Positions 62,110 to 64,000 of a stretch of 64,000 nucleotides of DNA are shown here, piece by piece; position 1 is the stretch's first letter; each line of letters opens with the position of its first letter. This stretch comes from Candidatus Terraquivivens tengchongensis (GTDB taxonomy: Archaea; Thermoproteota; Nitrososphaeria_A; Caldarchaeales; Wolframiiraptoraceae): NCBI GenBank assembly GCA_023261845.1, contig JALNJZ010000002.1:96001-160000 (forward strand), in the 5' to 3' direction. A program made the position numbers and the translations under genes. The notes beneath the pieces were generated by a model that saw nothing but the letters and a program-made list of their open reading frames with translations, searched no databases and was not told where the DNA came from.

Positions 62110-62417
62110 GCGAGGAAGAAGAGTTTGTAATAGATCTCGAGTATGTCGATACGCCTAGCGGAAAAGTGGCATCACTCAACACCGTCAAGAAATTGGCTGA
62201 AGCAATTTCTATAGTTCACGAAGAAGCTGAAAAACTATCAACCAAAGTCCTTTCTCTCGAAAGTAAAATACCTGGTGCTGATTTATTAAATAGGTTAGAG
62301 AGTAGGTTAGCGGCTTTGGAGAAGGGCCAAGATCAGATACTTGCACATATAGACTCGTTAATAGAGGCCTTTAACAGTCTCATAGAAACTTTAGAGAAAA
62401 CATTGAGAAAGGATTAA
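62106..62417 (+). CDS. Small coiled-coil hypothetical protein, coupled to the RING gene
   Basis: ATGA overlap with the RING stop; heptad helices after an acidic N-terminus. Confidence 0.75.
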   Translation: MSEEEEFVIDLEYVDTPSGKVASLNTVKKLAEAISIVHEEAEKLSTKVLSLESKIPGADLLNRLESRLAALEKGQDQILAHIDSLIEAFNSLIETLEKTLRKD

Positions 62418-63253
62418 GGAGTAAGTATAGCTTTCCTGAATTCTCCTACCAACTTCTCCAGACTCGCCTTCCGCTCCGTAAGCTCGTTTATATCGTTTAA
62501 CAGCTCTGCTTTCTTTACCTCTAACCTAGAAATTTCTTCGCTCATCTCCCGCATCCTATTTTCTAACTCACGTGTCATCTCTTCGCGCTCCTTTATTTTC
62601 ATAAGAGCGTCCGATAACTCCCTCTCCCTTTTTGCGATCCTTTCAAGTCTTATCTCTTTTAGCTTAAACATGCGGTTTATCTTATTTACCTCTTCGTCAA
62701 TCTTATGTAGCATTCCCTCTAACGATACCAAGTAACGCTGGGATAGGTCTTTAAGTTCCGCCTCTATTCTGTTTTTCTTCTCTTCGAGCTCCCTAACATA
62801 CGCGTCAAAGTTTGATAATTTATGCTCCTTCTCTTCAAGGTCCGCCTTCCACTTCTTCAACTCGTTTTTGAGAATCTCGAGCTCACTCTTTTCTTTAATT
62901 AACTTCTCTACATCTTCTCTAAGCATTGCTCTTTCTCGTGAGAGCAGCTCTAAAACATCATTAAGACCTTCTTTGATGGAATCGAACCATTCTTTATATT
63001 CCTTTATAACTTTCAACTCCTTAACGATACTTTCTGCGCTTTCTGCTGCTTCGCTTACTCTTGCTAAGAATTCCTCCGGGAATGTTCTTTCTCGTGAAAG
63101 TTCCTTAACATTTTCTGAAATTTCGATAAGTGTTCTCTCAAGCGAACTAACCCTTCTATCCATTTTCTCTTCGAGTTGGAGCCTAAGTTCCTCTAACTCT
63201 CTTCTAAACTCATTAAGGATCTCTTCTTTGGACTTTCCTCCAAGAAAACCCAT
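62414..63253 (-). CDS. Long coiled-coil hypothetical protein
   Basis: E/K/R/L-rich heptads over nearly all 279 aa; N-terminal MGFLGGKSK. Confidence 0.8.
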   Translation of the reverse strand: MGFLGGKSKEEILNEFRRELEELRLQLEEKMDRRVSSLERTLIEISENVKELSRERTFPEEFLARVSEAAESAESIVKELKVIKEYKEWFDSIKEGLNDVLELLSRERAMLREDVEKLIKEKSELEILKNELKKWKADLEEKEHKLSNFDAYVRELEEKKNRIEAELKDLSQRYLVSLEGMLHKIDEEVNKINRMFKLKEIRLERIAKRERELSDALMKIKEREEMTRELENRMREMSEEISRLEVKKAELLNDINELTERKASLEKLVGEFRKAILTP

Positions 63254-63387
63254 TTTGGTTCACGAAAGTTTGTATAAAGCTCATATAAAAGCATACAGGG
63301 CATAAGCGAGGGTTAATTTTAAAATTAAGGTTACAATTAAAATATTTAATAAACAAGAAAAACTAACAAGAAGGTTGAGTGGTGGGT

Positions 63388-64000
63388 TTGGCGGTTTCAT
63401 CCCAAGCAGTATTGGGGCGGTTTTTTAAGCTAGCGTTGATTGTGACAGGAATAGGTGCGATCCATATCCTCACGCTATTCATGTCTTGGTACACGGTCGT
63501 GTCAGATACGATAACCACAACCACCATACAGGGATATGCCATCGCTGAGTCTCTTTACATGTCAATCGCAGGGGGTATAGTTTGCGGAATTGCTCTTATA
63601 CTGTCCTCCACTTCATCGAATATAATAACTGCGAAGTGGCTCGTCGGAGCTACTGCACTTGTCGGAGCTCTTCTCGCAATAACATCACCAGCTTATACGC
63701 ACTTCATAGTAATACCTGCGCTACAGGCAAAGGGGTATTTAGAAATAGGAATATTCATGTCATACTTTTCAGCAATAGCGATGTTTGTCCCTGCCGCCAC
63801 TATAATAGCAACACCCATTAGGGTCGAAGTAGCACCTCACGTCGGGCCTCCTTATCTTGGGACTTCAGCCCCGATTGTTGAGGAAGCTGTTGAACTGACA
63901 CATGTAATCGATATACCTCCCGGTGCTATTTGCGGGATATGTTACCAAGAATTGGACCCAGAAACCACCATGATGTGTAGCAATTGCCAGACGATGTTTC
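63388..64000 (+). CDS. Four-TM membrane protein with C-terminal RING-type Zn finger (3'-truncated; absent from ORF track)
   Basis: Open frame from TTG 63388 (after GGTGGG) to window end, 204 codons: four hydrophobic segments, Pro-rich linker, then CGICYQELDPETTMMCSNCQTMF; the next codon begins with C, compatible with His. Confidence 0.8.
   Translation, partial: MAVSSQAVLGRFFKLALIVTGIGAIHILTLFMSWYTVVSDTITTTTIQGYAIAESLYMSIAGGIVCGIALILSSTSSNIITAKWLVGATALVGALLAITSPAYTHFIVIPALQAKGYLEIGIFMSYFSAIAMFVPAATIIATPIRVEVAPHVGPPYLGTSAPIVEEAVELTHVIDIPPGAICGICYQELDPETTMMCSNCQTMF

Overview
Core-genome segment of a TACK-type archaeon, most likely Aigarchaeota/Caldarchaeales-like (inferred from a Caldiarchaeum-type ubiquitin operon, PolD small subunit next to cdc6, an ESCRT-III/CdvB paralog and a stand-alone 5S rRNA). 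It holds fragmented ribosomal-protein clusters, a replication origin (paired 28-bp ORBs, cdc6, DP1), a pst/phoU locus, a 2-oxoacid:ferredoxin oxidoreductase, PCNA, deoxyhypusine synthase, carAB, the archaeal modified mevalonate pathway block (UbiX, UbiD, aconitase X large and small), tRNA-Pro(CGG), 5S rRNA, a CysM-Mec pair and an aIF-1A/Rio1/KH/top6B cluster. The right end carries a eukaryote-like ubiquitin system (Rpn11-like JAMM, pro-ubiquitin, E2, E1, RING). The most interesting signals are: (1) the ubiquitin locus is flanked by three coiled-coil proteins and by an ORF missing from the track that encodes a four-TM protein with a C-terminal RING finger (candidate membrane E3); (2) a membrane-anchored winged-helix protein sits in a cluster of TGAYRTCA palindromes whose half-site also forms a phased array at the origin; (3) a threonine-synthase-like protein lacking the PLP lysine is fused to a PadR-type HTH. 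No CRISPR array, transposase or integrase was seen. All calls come from reading the sequence and recognising motifs; no searches were run.
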